A stretch of 64,000 bases of DNA, taken from contig OZ296648.1 of assembly GCA_965655095.1 (NCBI GenBank), forward strand, positions 151,838,001 through 151,902,000, written 5' to 3'. The notes beneath the pieces were generated by a model. The model did no database searches. It was not told the DNA's origin and saw nothing but the letters and a program-made list of their open reading frames with translations. The DNA comes from Haplodiscus bocki. Its lineage: Eukaryota. This document shows, piece after piece, positions 11,569 through 24,810 of this stretch; position 1 is the first letter of the stretch, and every line of letters starts with the position of its first letter. The translations under genes and the position numbers were made by a program.

Positions 11569-13461
11569 TCACTCCTGGTAGCCAGGTCTTCTTCGACAAT
11601 CGCCATTTTCGTATACATCTTCGGTTTGACTTGGCTCAGCGTGTGAAACCGATTCTCTGCCGTAAAAATGAGATTCTCTTTGATTTTCGGTGCTCTGTGA
11701 ACCATGTCTGTGAATACTTTTGTGGCCATTCGACCTCCTGGAGGAATTGTGTGTTGAAGGATGGTGGATGGATCCCACTGAAGAGAAAGCACTGACAAGA
11801 CTTCCTCCAAAGATGAACATCATCATCAAAAACAAAGACAATAAAATAAATCCATCTTCTGAATGGAGAAACCACGAAACCCATTCAGGAATAGAAGCAA
11901 TGGCATCAAACACAGTCTCATAAATCTCAGCGGCTTTTTCAAAATACGGATTTGGGGCGTGTTCGTTTTGAAGAGTGGTGAATTTGGAATTGGTGGAAAG
12001 GCGCGTTCTACTAGATGCAACGTTGATGAGAAAGCTTTCAACGTTCTCGTAACTTTTCGGATCATTCCAATTCTGCCATTTGTAGTAAACGTCTCTATCT
12101 CCGACTCTTAAAATTGTCAAAAGCTGCGCTTTTCCGGAATCAACAAACCCGAGATGCGATAAAAATTCGGACTGAGCGCTGACTGGAGATATGTATCCAA
12201 AAGAAGTTCTTTCCAAATATGGCAGTTGAGGTTCCTTCATTTTTGAAATTTGTTCGGCATACGAAGAGACTTCTTCGAAGACTGGATGGACAAGAATGGC
12301 GCAATACTTCCGATTACTTATTGACCTGACTGTTGGACAAAGATGATCAAAGATAACTTGATTAGACAAACGCGGGAATTCCACATGTTTGTATTTGTCC
12401 ACAAGCTGCGACGCTGTGCTATACGTCGGCGGCCGTAGCAGCATATCTTCGGGACCAGACTTTGAAGTAAACACAGAAAGATGTCCATTCAGACGCAAAT
12501 ATTCGTCTTTGTTTCCAGTGAACGAGCTTGATAAAATGTAAGCAAAGTTATGGGTTTGGTGGTTAGCAAACGACAATGTGTTAAACCATTTGGACACTTG
12601 TTTTTCCGTAACGAAGTACACAATCAAGGGTTTATTGTCGATAGCGATGTTTGATAGAACATTATTTAATTCACCTGTACTCTTCAATTCTTGTATCATG
12701 TGTTTAGGTACATGACTGAACATAAATTGTTCAATATTTGACAGAGACCATTCCTTCATATTATACAACCGGTGTTTGCCTTTTATGACAACCATAACTG
12801 AAGGTACTCTGGTGATTCCAAGTTTGTAAACCAAAGATCGGTCAACGTCTGCATCAGTTGTTGCGAACTTGACGCCCTTTTCCTTGTATGTTTTGTAAAG
12901 TTGGTCGAACATTTTTCGCACTATTTTACAGTTTCCACACCAATCTGAGTATGCAAAAATTAGATAAACATGTCTGTAACTTTCAGGGATGACTCCATTC
13001 TCGTAAACGTGTCTGTTTATAAGCAGCTCATCAGGTTCGGAGTCAAAAAACGAAGAGAAAGGACCTCCTCGGAACCCACCAGGGCCCCCACGTCCTTCGT
13101 TAGTTCGGAAAAACGAAAAAGGGAACGGGAATCCAAACCCGCCGCCTTCATGGCCTTGACGAGGTCTGTCATCAGTGGTGCCAAACCTGTCGTAATCTCG
13201 TCTTTTATCGTCATCAGTTAGAATTTCGTAAGCTTTGTTGATTTCAATAAACCTCGCCTCTGCGTCCGGACTTCTGTTTTTATCTGGGTGCCATTCCCTG
13301 GCTAATTTCTTGTACGCTTTCTTAATTTCCTGACCAGTAGCTTGACGACTCACCCCCAATACGTCATAAGGATTGAATGCTTCCAATAAAAGTACACACA
13401 ATGTCAAGATCATCAAAAAGTGAACATAGATTGTACAAAATCTGTACTGAGTCGCGGCCAT
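11569..13461 (-). CDS. DNAJC16: DnaJ homolog subfamily C member 16 (ERdj8)-like, single exon, 630 aa
   Basis: Signal peptide, J domain with HPD, thioredoxin domain [19 protein letters not shown] motif and C-terminal TM helix [16 protein letters not shown]. Confidence 0.9.
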   Translation of the reverse strand: MAATQYRFCTIYVHFLMILTLCVLLLEAFNPYDVLGVSRQATGQEIKKAYKKLAREWHPDKNRSPDAEARFIEINKAYEILTDDDKRRDYDRFGTTDDRPRQGHEGGGFGFPFPFSFFRTNEGRGGPGGFRGGPFSSFFDSEPDELLINRHVYENGVIPESYRHVYLIFAYSDWCGNCKIVRKMFDQLYKTYKEKGVKFATTDADVDRSLVYKLGITRVPSVMVVIKGKHRLYNMKEWSLSNIEQFMFSHVPKHMIQELKSTGELNNVLSNIAIDNKPLIVYFVTEKQVSKWFNTLSFANHQTHNFAYILSSSFTGNKDEYLRLNGHLSVFTSKSGPEDMLLRPPTYSTASQLVDKYKHVEFPRLSNQVIFDHLCPTVRSISNRKYCAILVHPVFEEVSSYAEQISKMKEPQLPYLERTSFGYISPVSAQSEFLSHLGFVDSGKAQLLTILRVGDRDVYYKWQNWNDPKSYENVESFLINVASSRTRLSTNSKFTTLQNEHAPNPYFEKAAEIYETVFDAIASIPEWVSWFLHSEDGFILLSLFLMMMFIFGGSLVSAFSSVGSIHHPSTHNSSRRSNGHKSIHRHGSQSTENQRESHFYGRESVSHAEPSQTEDVYENGDCRRRPGYQE

Positions 13462-16400
13462 GATAAACTGAAACAGATAACAAATTCGATTTTATGAAGG
13501 ATGACCATAGAGATATATTAAATTTACGCTAACCAGAAAATCTCAACAAGTAACACAAGCTGAGAACGGCCCGAGCCTGCGCATCCAATAAGGCTCAAAA
13601 GATTCGGAACTTATTCCTCTTCCCCCAACACATTGCCAAACTTTCATTCAAATTGATTTCTAATGGATAGTAACAATTTTTGGGTTTTTTCACATTTTTG
13701 AAGAAAAGTTGAATATTAGTGCCAAAAAGAATCCATTAAAAAGATAATTACATTCAAAATTTTAGAAAAATATTGTGCTGGGGGGGGGGGCGCAAAAAGA
13801 GCCAAATATTCTCAAGGGACCTTATGATGGCACATGAAGTGTTGCTTTTTCAGGAAATTTGCATCACTCTCATCTTTGCCCAAAAATTTTACAGATTGCT
13901 CACTTTGCGGCGCGTTATAATTGACGTTATAATTACATATTCAGCACAATTTTATGCTATTTACCATTGGTAAAAATTTCGGTATTCGGGATTTTTTGGT
14001 ATTCATTTTTTTTGAAAGATTTTGGGTGAAAATCAAATAAGAGGCATCATGAAAATGTTTGATATTTGCCTTTTCCGAAAATGTATTGTGGTATCAAGAA
14101 ATTTCCGGCTTTAGATGGTATGGTAGTTCATAGCATCAGCAGCAGCCCATTGCGTAACTTGGGCCATTCTGAAAATGGTGGGTCGTATTTCGAGTAGATT
14201 AAAGCTCCGATTAAAATGAGGTCAACATAAAGCCAGAACTTAAAACGACCCGCAGTGTTATTAAAATTATTAGAGCAGCCCCGGTAATTTGAACTGAGAG
14301 AGCATTCCCAGCATAACAATTTTTCTGTCTAACATGCTTTAATTGGCATGAAGTTGGTGATCATAAGTTTGAATCGATAAAGCTGAACTCACAGAGACGA
14401 AACGAACATATTCTGACTTGTCAGTAGAGACCAAAGATCATGCAGACATATGAAACCGAGATGTGATTGACACTTTTCGAAAAACTACAGTAGTGATTTC
14501 AATTAAATGAACTCCCAAGGAAAACTCCGCTTTTTTGAAGCTAGAAATCTGAGAGTAATGGGTTTAGAAATAAACTGTAGGAACAAAAGTCTCCTGGAAT
14601 TTTGATAACATTACAACGGTTTTTATTTCATCGAAATGGGACACGAAACGAAAATTTAAGAACCCCAAATTTTGGCATTTTTTGATATTTTTGCACTTTC
14701 TGAGTGGCTAAATGGACAAACAATTTCAACTTAATGCATCCAAAGGAACCTTTTGCAATCTTCCCAAAGTCATGATAAATAAACTTGACCCAAATTCTCT
14801 TGTCTTTGAAAAATCTCGTCCTTCCAAAGTAGTGATGTCTTATCATCCTTGCTTTGAAACTGCAAAATCTCAACCCTCGAAAAAGTTAGAAAAATACAGT
14901 ACGTACCGTTTTACAGCCTTGAATCATCTCTCCTAGATTTTTCAGATTTCTCAATTTCCTGAGACCTGAACTTTGAAAAAGATGAATCTTTTTTTTATAA
15001 CTGAAAGTATAGAAAACTCACTTCAACTAAGTAGTGTTAACTTTTAAGGACTTCATTTTCCAGAAAATTTCAAAAGGCAAAAGTTATGGGGGAGATTCAA
15101 CGCTGGAAAATTGTCATGGGACGCTTCTCTGTATCTTTTTACTTTTTCTTCTCTACTTTATAAGATATTCGCGGAAAACCTCAAATATGGTCAAAAAAGA
15201 CCTAATTTCGAAACAAAAACACTTATGAAAAATCCAAGAACCTTTGGCTTTTACCACTTCTTTGTAAAATCATTGCGCTTTCACAAAATAATTTCCAAAA
15301 TTACTCAATTTTTTCTCAGGGGTTTTTATTTGAATGAACCAGTACTGTACATCGGCTGTCATTTAAAAGTTTGTTCGAAAAAGTTATTGAGACAAGTACC
15401 TGTCACAGTGTCTCATACTCGAACATTTGATTTGTCAATCATATCTTCTTACGCCATTTTACAGCTCAAACTTTAAAAAAACTTGCAGATTTCACAACGG
15501 GAAACTGTACAGCTATCTCTCACACTATCTCAAATTCAAAAAAAATGATCCATCAAACATGACTTTTTGAGACGCTACTGTTCATTTTGAAACCCGTGCT
15601 TACCAAAACTAGCACTTTTTAGAACGCGAAAACAGAAAACTACGTACCGAATATCTGAAAAAGTGTCGTTTTTGACCGTTTACACCACACCGTTAGATGC
15701 TCTCCTGATGACGACAAAAATGCAATTTGTACACAGGATAAAGAGACTAACCCAGTTTCAATACACGTTCTTCCCTTCATCAGAAGAAACCAAAACTACA
15801 TAATTCAGGAAAAAAAATTATTTAGGAAAATTTTGCACGGACAAAGTTTCATAAATTTGCACAGCGAACATCAGGATGCTTTCATTTTTAGAGTCCCGTT
15901 ATTATCCTAGTATTTATTCATTCCATCCATTTCACCTTTTTACCATAAAGTTCAATAATTACGTGAATATTAGCCATATCGGAAAGAAAATTTTGGAGAT
16001 TCAACTCTCTGAAATGCAACACTTTTTGCAGAAATGATTCATTGAGGCATGAACGAGAAAAAGGTCAGTAAGATCAGAGTGAATTTTCACATTCAAAAAA
16101 TGTTGACGTTGGGAGTGAAGGTTTCTGCCAAGTAGTTTGCTAGCAAAAATTTTTTCGCAAAGAGTGTTAAAGTTGATGACCCTGGAAGAAACATGTATCT
16201 CAAAATTTTGGTATTCATTTCCCATTAGTTAATACTGTTTGAAAATATCTAAAGTTAATCATAAAAATTAACTGATTTGAAGAAAGGGGAAACATCGAGA
16301 TATTCACAGGAAAAGTAATGGAATTTTTGTTCCCGCAACGTTCTCCAAGTATTTTCCTACAATAAGGAAGTTACTTTTTTTCTGAAATTCTCAACGTTCC

Positions 16401-17231
16401 AAACATCCGCTCATCTACTATAAAAAGCTTTTCAAACCATTCGCTGCCAATAAACCAATAAACGTGCCTAGGTATTCATTTCTTACTGCGGTAAACTTTC
16501 TGGATAGCCGCTTCAAAACGCGTTACAAAAATGCTTTACTTTCCTGGACGTGTTGTTACGTTATTCGAATAAAGTTTTGACCACAATGACAAAGCTGCAG
16601 GTCATCATCATGTGTCACAAAATTCATTTGATCAACAACCGAGGTTTTACACTTGGTGCTTTTTACCAGAGTGCTTTTTCAGGGTTGCTATTAATTTCAG
16701 GTAACCATGATTACAGGGGACGCGAAAATAACATACTTAAGTACGGAAAAATTGTACCTTCGGTCTAAAATTTCTTCATGATACCCCCCAATTACCGAAC
16801 ATTTTCTGCAAAAGCATACATAAAAGATGTTTGAATTAAAGACTTCTTCAGACAGTATATATCTTAAAAAGAGTCCTTCAACTAAATTTTCAAGCTTTTG
16901 ACAAATTCCACGAAAATTGCGACAAAGTTTTTACCAGAAAAAAAACATTGTACTAGCATTTTTTGTTCGAAAAGCCACAATTTTTCAAATATTTTGGGCC
17001 TTCCGGGCGGTGCCTACTTGGGCCGTTCCCGGCTTGTTATATTTTTTAACCTTTTCAAGCTTTTACGCAACCAATTTTTAAACCTTTGGAAACTTCAATT
17101 GTACAATAGTGACTTTAATTACTGACTTGATTGAACTCCCCAGCAAAAATGGTGCGAGTTTGGAGTTTATTTTCTCAAAGCACAACAATTTTACAAGAAT
17201 ACGGTAACAAAACAACTTGCTTATATTTTTC

Positions 17232-17616
17232 ACACAGAGGCAAAGCTGTGCTTCGCAACACTTGCGCCAACGGAACACTTGTGAACAAATTGACTGAATA
17301 TGGCTGATTTTTGAAGAGGCCACGATACTGCGAATATTAGTGATTACAGAGTACAGAAACTCAGTTAAACCTACATTTATAAACAAGTAAGAAACGCAAA
17401 AATATTTCATTCATTTGATATTTTAGAAAGAAGTACTGATTCTCAAGCGGCAATGGCAAAGTCAGTAGAGCATGCGACTGCTGCTCCAAAGGTCCCATGT
17501 TGGAGCAAAGGACTCTACCCCTTTTCTTTGGTCAAAATCCAAGAACTTGTGCGAGTTGAGCGGATCGGAAAAAAAAAGAACGCAGAAGCTTGTGATATAA
17601 CGCTCGCACAAGCGTA
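17232..17616 (-). mobile_element. HINE-like element, copy 2 (with ~100-bp internal insertion)
   Basis: Hairpin gcaaagc-tgt-gcttcgc, subTIR acacttgcgc at 17258-17267, tRNA-like core ~17450-17520, right subTIR gcacaagcgt at 17606-17615. Confidence 0.6.
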
Positions 17617-18249
17617 ATAAAATTTCATTCGTTCTTGAAATAGGAACAATTGTTGAACTAATTGAAAGATGGAAGGAATGGACTCGGAATCCTGAACAAC
17701 GTTTACAATACAGGTCACATCCCGACTCTTTGGGCCCCCCAAAATTCGGCATTATACAAAAAAAGCCCGATACGAGTCAGTATACCATAGAACGATCAGC
17801 CTGAAATACCACGGATGGAAGATCCTCTCAAAGATAATTCTCCAACGTGAAAAAAGGGACATCCAAAAAAAACCAGTGACTAGCAGTTAGACTTCCGTTT
17901 TAAAATTGGTACTAGAAATACTATTTTTACCATGAGCAAAATCATTGAAAAGTCTATCAAAATGCAGCAACATGTATACTCATGCTTCAACTATTATAAG
18001 AAATCGTTTGGCAAAAACAACCACAAGGAAGTAATTCACACCCTTCACGACGTGGGTCTAAATTGAAAAGACTTACACCTAACTCACAACATCTACTGTG
18101 GCCAGAAAGCTAGAGCATACATCAACCAAAATGAAAAAAAAAACAAAATTGTGAAAATAAATGAAACGGCGTCCGGTAGCGTTGCCTGGAGTCACTGGAC
18201 CTCTATAATCTCTACAGCGAGAAGATATCTAGTGGAATGGAGAAATTCC

Positions 18250-19035
18250 CTGGAATTAAGCTGGCAGGACGACTAATCAACAACATAAAGTATCCCAACG
18301 ACACGACATTAGATGAACTGCGATAATGAACTGAAGAAACTACTCAACGAAACTGTTAGATGCAGTGAGAAGTACGGGATTCAGTTGAACGTGAAGAAAA
18401 CACAAGTCATGGCAACTACGACAAGAATTCATTTGATCAACCTCAGGCCTGTAGTTTCGTCAAGGTAATAGTCGTGAAACAAGTCGAAAAACTCAAAAAA
18501 CTTTCCACAACGCTCAACGGGCGAACGCCACGACGTTAAGATCAGAATTAGAATGGCTCAGGCAAATAGAGCTTTCAACGACATGCAAGCTATTCTCTAA
18601 AACATCTTCAATACCCGTTAAAATGTCCAAGGATATATGTCTCTTTAGCCACTTACAATGCTGAGATGTCGACCATCAACAGAAATATTGCATACAAAAA
18701 CATCCCAGCCGGAATATGCTGCCTGAGAAGGATGCAACGAGTCAACTGGTTTCAAAAAAGTCCAACAAAGACATCATAAATGCTTGCAAAATGCAAAAAT
18801 TCCTCAGAAAGAAAGAAATAACTTATTTTCTTCGGCATGTCATGAGCAAACGTGGTCCTGAAAACTTGAGCCTCAGAAAAAATTGCTGTTCAGTGAGCAC
18901 GAGGCAGACAACGTGAAACACATGCCAAACGTCCGGGGAGAGAAGAACAAACTGCTACAGATGACATCACTGACAAGTGGAGAGTGCATGCTGCTGTGAC
19001 CGCTGACGACTACAACAGGCTCGGCAACTATAAGA
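18250..19035 (+). mobile_element. RTE-clade LINE fragment (degenerate RT and 3' part)
   Basis: GIKLAGRLINNIKYPNDTTL (decayed INNLRYADDT), EKYGIQLNVKKTQVM and DVKIRIRMAQANRAFNDM. Confidence 0.7.
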
Positions 19036-19884
19036 ATTGCTGAAAAGTTTTACCAACTATTATCTTGGTCACATTTGAAGTTCTCAGAAATCTAAACAAC
19101 CATCCAAAACCTCTCACTATTTTATAGCTGTAGAACTTTCCCAAAGCTTTCGACTCTAACACTTTTTGAGAAAAAGAAGAGGTACTCCGAGTTATCAAGA
19201 GGTTAATCTTTTTAGTTCCCAGATCACAGTAGATCCTATACGAAATGGAGCTAGTGAACCATGTCGCTGCTTTTCAAAACGCTCACAATTAAAGCGAGGT
19301 CATTGTCTAAAAAAAGTCAGCAAGTGAACATAGCGAGCCAATAAACAGCAGTAAATAAAACTCAGTGATTGTTTCGGTTATGGCGCCATGACCATCATGC
19401 CGAATTAGGAAAATCAGTGAGTTCATCAAGCCGTCCATTACATTCACTCGCCTGCTTTATTCATTCAGTGTGATAATAGTGACTTCGGAGCCGGACGAAA
19501 AAGAGGTCCTAGATAGATTGAAAATTTACTTGATCTGCCGATCTGACAGAAGGGTCTGCTTATTGTAAAACCAAAAGTTTGACAGATTCAAAATTCAAAG
19601 CTCTAAACTGTGTTTTTTTTAGATTTTTTTGAGGACCGATATTTTTTCAATAAGTTTTAATACATGGATGACAAGACACCACGATATTGCAAGAACGAGC
19701 GTTTTCAACGAAACTGAATTTCGGGTCAAATTTGATTATTATGGCTTCGCGTGGATTGTAAAGGTTGATTTGAGCGGATTAAATTGGATTGCTCTCACTA
19801 TTTATCTCCCCAAAATCTACAAAGTGCAAAAATGACGAAAAATTGGCAGTCTCAAACAAACACTTAGCTTTCGTCTGATTGTGA

Positions 19885-20165
19885 GACAGAGGCGAAACTC
19901 TACTTCGCAAAACTTGTGCAAACGGAATACAAGTAAGAAACGCTATATTTCATTTGTTTCATATTTAAATATAAGTACTGAGTCTCAAGGGGCAATAGCA
20001 GAGTCAATAGAGCATGCGACTGCGCCGCATCGTCTTATGTTCGAGCCCCGGACACTCCCTTCTGTTTGATCAAAATATAGGAACTCTTGCGAGTTGTGAA
20101 CGGATCAGCAAGACAAGTTTGCGGAAACCTGTGATATAACACTAACACTTGCTTGCGAAAGTGTA
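19885..20165 (-). mobile_element. HINE-like element, copy 3
   Basis: Same architecture; tRNA-like core ggcaatagcagagtcaatagagc..tgttcgagccc at ~19990-20060. Confidence 0.6.
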
Positions 20166-20499
20166 ATGAAATACGCACTTCTGTAATCTAAAAAATCTTA
20201 TCCCCAATACTTTTGATGCAACTCGTCAGTTTTGAGAATTTCAGCTTCAAACCGCTAATTTTAGCTTGGCTCACTTGGGATCACCACTGTAGGATCCTCA
20301 TGGTTGTTGTACACTTGAATTATGAACCCTATGTCCCAAAAATGTGGTTACCAGCAGTTACATTTTATCGGATCCAGTTCACAATTCACCCCAATTGCAG
20401 CGGGTGCAGGTAATGAATATGGTTAGACTACCGAATTAAATCTCATTTCGATTGCGCTGCGTGTGGGGTGGTGATTTTGAACTAGGTGCATGCGGGGGT

Positions 20500-21713
20500 T
20501 AGATATTGAACTTGATCCATTTTATTATTTTTCGCCGTATATGAAATATACAAGAAAAATTATTCATTCAGTAGGGTCGTTTTTCTTTTTTTTATCTGAC
20601 CAAAAATGCCAACTTTTTATTCAAAAATAAATGGCAGCGGTAGGCTTAGGACAACAAGGTTCTCAAGCAGTAGGTTCGGGTCACTGCCCTGCCAAAATTT
20701 TTTACGATTTATCCCTAACATTTTTCGATACCCGCAATTAGTGAAATACTGAGGGGTTCCCCTACGAAAATTTTTGGCACTGTGAGACATAAAATTTCGT
20801 CAGAAAATCGTGACATAACCCTCTGAAGCATAAAATTTTTCGATACCCGAAATTAATGACACACTAAAGGATTCCCCTACGAAATTTTTCGGCACTGTGA
20901 GACAAAAAATTTTCGACAGAAAATTTTGACACTCCCACCCCCCTTCTTATCCAAAAACTTTTTCGCTACCAGAAACTTTCTGAAACACAGCACAGAAGGG
21001 TTCCTCTACGAAATGTTTCGGTACTGTGAGACAAAAAATTTTCGATAGAAAATCTTGATACTCCCCCCTTTTATCCATAAACTTTTTGGCTACCGGAAAT
21101 TTTCTGAAACACAGCACAGAAGGGTTCCCCTACGAAATTTTTCGGCACTGTGAGACAAAAAATTTTCGACAGAAAATTGTGATACTCCCTTCCTCCTCCT
21201 CCCCCTTCTTATCCATAGATTTTTTCGATACTAGAAATTTTGTGAAACACAGAAGGGTTCCCCTACGAAGTTTTTCGGTACTGTGAGACAACAAATTTTC
21301 TATAGAAAATCGTGATATTCCCCTCATAGGCATAAAATTTTTCGATACCCGAAATTAATGAAACCCTGAAGGGTTCCCCTACGAAAATTTTCGGCAGTGA
21401 GAAAAAGTTTTAGACGGAAAATCTTGATACCCTTCCCCTCTCTCTTATCCCTAACATTTTTAGAAAACAGAAATTTTCTGAAACACAGAAGGGTTGCTCG
21501 ACAAAATTTTTCGGCACTGTCAGACGAAAATTTTTCAAGGGAAAATCGTGATACCCTTTTGCATAAAGTACAGAAATCAGTGGTGTAATTGATTTGTAAA
21601 AACTCTTTGAAAACTAATATCAAAACAGTAGTTTTGTTTTTAACCGTTTGCAAAAATTGATCAAAATATTTGTAGTTGGGCGAAAAATAAGCCGGTGCTA
21701 GCCGGCCGTCTTG
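20500..21713 (+). mobile_element. Non-autonomous Helitron-like element with internal ~120-bp tandem array
   Basis: 3' hairpin gccgg-tgctag-ccggc (21691-21706) followed by cgtCTTG|T; homologous inverted copy at 61302-62560. Confidence 0.6.
20715..21560 (+). repeat. Tandem array, about 7 units of ~115-133 bp
   Basis: gg(c/t)actgtgagac-like motif at 20776, 20891, 21020, 21144, 21277, 21393 and 21513. Confidence 0.9.
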
Positions 21714-22250
21714 TTCATTAGTTCATCTCAGAGTCGAGGTAGATTCAAGTATATTGAAACTTAAATTCCAACAAATAAGATGAAAACTAATACTTTTCAA
21801 TATTGAATATGCTAAACTTCCCATGTTTCAGAAAACGGAAATATGTACAAAGTATTTACAAAACCATTTACAATGGAATTTTATTTTATAAGCAGCGATG
21901 ACATATAAGGATCAGATGAGCAAGACTACGCACTACATGATGATTAAACTGTTCTTTTTACGGAATAACAAAAATGTCTCTAAACCGATTTAAAATGCTG
22001 TATTGTGTATTGTTCCGCTGTAAAGCCAAGCAATCCTTTATAAAATGGAGATGGCGAACAAAGCTGAAACAAACGTGAACAGATCTTTAAAATGAATCAG
22101 ACGATTGAAAATTTAATCTGCCGGTCTGGCAGAAGGGTTTGCTAGTACTTGAAAAGCTTCAAAACAACGAAAATTTAAGGTAGCAGACGTTACAAAATCA
22201 AGTTTTTCAACTCTTCTGAGAAATCCAACTGCGTTACGACTGACGCTTGG

Positions 22251-24266
22251 TTAATATCCATTCAGATCTTCATTTCTTAACCTTTCGTCCGCCAGAGACT
22301 TCCGCAAACTCTCCAACTCTGACAAATAATTACTTTCTTTCTCCTCAAATTCCTTTTTCTTCGCTACATGTGCCTCAGCAATCTTTTTCACCTTTTGTTT
22401 CATCAGACTTCTGTAATTGCGAATTTTTTGCTCGATTTCCATTTCGGACAATTGCTTCAAGTGCAAATCAGAAATCGTCTCATTTTTCTCATCAAGGAGT
22501 AACTTGATTTCGTGAGAATATGAATCGCGATCCTCTATTGCTTGTTCAGCTGCATCCAGGGCAGCCGATAACTGTTCACTCAACTTCTGTTCTTGTTCCT
22601 CAGCGTACAACAATTTTTTCTCCAAAAGAATCGCTTTTTCTTGCCACTTCCTCTGGGCCCGTACTATGGTTTCAACTCTTGAATGCATGTTATCCACTTC
22701 CTCGCGTCCAGACACCTTCTCTTCTTTTAGCCTTCGAGTTTCTAATTCAGATTTCTCAAGTTTTTCTAAAAGCACTTCGAAGTCAACCTTTGCTTGGTTT
22801 TTGAAATCGGTCAAATTTTTCTCGCTAGCTTCTAACGCCTCGTTGTGAGCTTTCAAAGCCACAAATTCAGTAGCACCTTCCGGTTCCAATCGCTTTTTGA
22901 GCACCAAAAACTTGTCACTCAATTCTTGGAACTCACATTCGTAGTAAGCTTTGTCAGCTTCGGCTGCCACTAATTTGCGAGTGAGTCGAGCAATTTCATG
23001 TTTATGAACCTCTAATTGCTGTTTCGATTTGTTTCTTTCCACATTTAATTGCTCAATTAGGATTTGATTTTCCTCTAAAACTAGTTTTGCCTGCTCTTTC
23101 ACGCGTTCCCATTCCCGGTCGTCGGTCGGCATCGAATTTGAAACATTCAGCAACTGGTTTTCTCGCAGAACTTCGTCCATGGAGTCTTTGAAATGCATCA
23201 CCCGGCGCTGCAGATCTCTCACTTCGACTTCTTTTTCATTCAGTCGGTCGTCAAAAGCCAATATTAAAGGGCTGAGGTACTGTGTACTTGTTAGCCAAGG
23301 TGGTTTGGCAACATTGAGAGGAATTCCGTTGTCATCGTTTGGCAAAGTTGTTCTGAACTTTTGCTGATAGCGGGCCAACTCTGTGTTGAGTCTTTCGATC
23401 ACTATTTTAAGATCTGAGTTCTCTTGGTCCAAAGAGCATCCATCTTTTCCACCTATTTTGGCCTTCCTTTTGTTCTTCGAATCCACCGAGTCACTCTGTC
23501 TGAGATCCACAATCGTTTTCTTGTACTCGTTTATTTCAGCCTGCAGATTCCCAATAACTGACTTCATATTCTGCATTGCGATTTCGCGTTCTCTCACTCT
23601 TGTTTGTAACTCTCCGTTCTTATGATGCAACACTTCCAGACGTTCCAAAACATTACGCAACTTGGCTTGCAATTCAGTATTGGTAGCTCCTACGCTATCT
23701 TTTTCCATTTTCTCCACGTAACCTAAGCCCCCGGGGTAACTCGGACTCATTAGCTTCTTCTCTTCAGAACAGACAGCAGAAGATTCGCGACTTTTCTTCA
23801 AACTGATTTGACTGATACGAGCATAATTTGACATTTGACTCTCATCCGCATTTTCCAAACTCAAAGGCACTGATGATGACGCAAGTAGATGACTGTTTTG
23901 CTCCTCAGCTTCGACTACAGATTCCAACACGCTCACTTCCTTGCCATCCGCGACGTCTGAAAGTATTGAATTTTCAACTTCTTCATACCCTTCACATCTA
24001 GACAAGGTTGAAAGTCTTGCATTTCCCCTTTCAGGAAGCTTCACGGTCTGGGTATTCATCCTTTCTGCTTGCCGACGTTGATCAGTTTCAAAGTCACCAG
24101 CCAAGAAGGAGCCAGTGACAAAGGAGCCTGCGTTAATTATAGCCAAGTGTATGGGGTTCCCATTTGTTTCTGTGTGTGGTAAATTGGGAGTTGCTGTGAA
24201 AATAAGTCTAGGCATCAGGGCATTGATGAAACGGAGATTTTCCGATGAGTTCTTCTTCTTTCCCAT
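22251..24266 (-). CDS. CEP89: Centrosomal protein of 89 kDa (CCDC123)-like, single coding exon, 671 aa
   Basis: PPWLTSTQYLSPLILAFDDRLNEKE and KEQAKLVLEENQILIEQL are CEP89 signature blocks within a long coiled coil. Start placed at ATG 24266 (MGKKK), 6 nt after a TTTTCAG; the upstream ORF extension reads like non-coding sequence. Confidence 0.85.
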   Translation of the reverse strand: MGKKKNSSENLRFINALMPRLIFTATPNLPHTETNGNPIHLAIINAGSFVTGSFLAGDFETDQRRQAERMNTQTVKLPERGNARLSTLSRCEGYEEVENSILSDVADGKEVSVLESVVEAEEQNSHLLASSSVPLSLENADESQMSNYARISQISLKKSRESSAVCSEEKKLMSPSYPGGLGYVEKMEKDSVGATNTELQAKLRNVLERLEVLHHKNGELQTRVREREIAMQNMKSVIGNLQAEINEYKKTIVDLRQSDSVDSKNKRKAKIGGKDGCSLDQENSDLKIVIERLNTELARYQQKFRTTLPNDDNGIPLNVAKPPWLTSTQYLSPLILAFDDRLNEKEVEVRDLQRRVMHFKDSMDEVLRENQLLNVSNSMPTDDREWERVKEQAKLVLEENQILIEQLNVERNKSKQQLEVHKHEIARLTRKLVAAEADKAYYECEFQELSDKFLVLKKRLEPEGATEFVALKAHNEALEASEKNLTDFKNQAKVDFEVLLEKLEKSELETRRLKEEKVSGREEVDNMHSRVETIVRAQRKWQEKAILLEKKLLYAEEQEQKLSEQLSAALDAAEQAIEDRDSYSHEIKLLLDEKNETISDLHLKQLSEMEIEQKIRNYRSLMKQKVKKIAEAHVAKKKEFEEKESNYLSELESLRKSLADERLRNEDLNGY

Positions 24267-24810
24267 ATTGATCTGAAAAAAAATCGTAGACATATAATTT
24301 TGAAAGTTTAAAGGACAGTTGTATTTTTTTGAAAGAGAGCCTGAGTGCAATTTGGCACTAAGTAAATTCCGTTGAAAATCAAAGCAGAAAGAAAAAGGCA
24401 ACATTGAAATCTCTGGAAAAACTACCAAATTTGGCAAGTGCCAGATTGAACAGTTGCCTTCTGGAGTATAGCTGGTAATTATATAACTAATTCGAAATGG
24501 CTAGCTGAGCTAAGTATACATGTAATTTTGAATGACACTGTAAGCCGAACATTTTGTTCACATAAATGAAACAGTAAAATAGTATCATTAAATAAAAACC
24601 AACGATTTAGACATTTTTCAATTTCTTATTCGAGAAATATTTCACAAAAAATGATTGCATAAAAATGAAATGACAAATTCTAAATTATGGAATCATTGCG
24701 CAAACAAGAACTCCAAAAAACCGAAAAAAAGGCATCACATCTATCAGATCAGGCAATTCATCTCTCCAAATCCAAAATCCGCAGCCGAAAAAAAAACACT
24801 TTTCCCATAT

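Noticed and set aside
20715-21560. Regularly spaced repeats as a CRISPR array
   Set aside because: Whole ~120-bp units are homologous (no unique spacers), the context is eukaryotic, and there are no cas genes.
24267-24437. N-terminal 57 aa of the 728-aa ORF as part of CEP89
   Set aside because: TTG start and intron/outron-like composition ending in a T8CAG acceptor just before the ATG at 24266.
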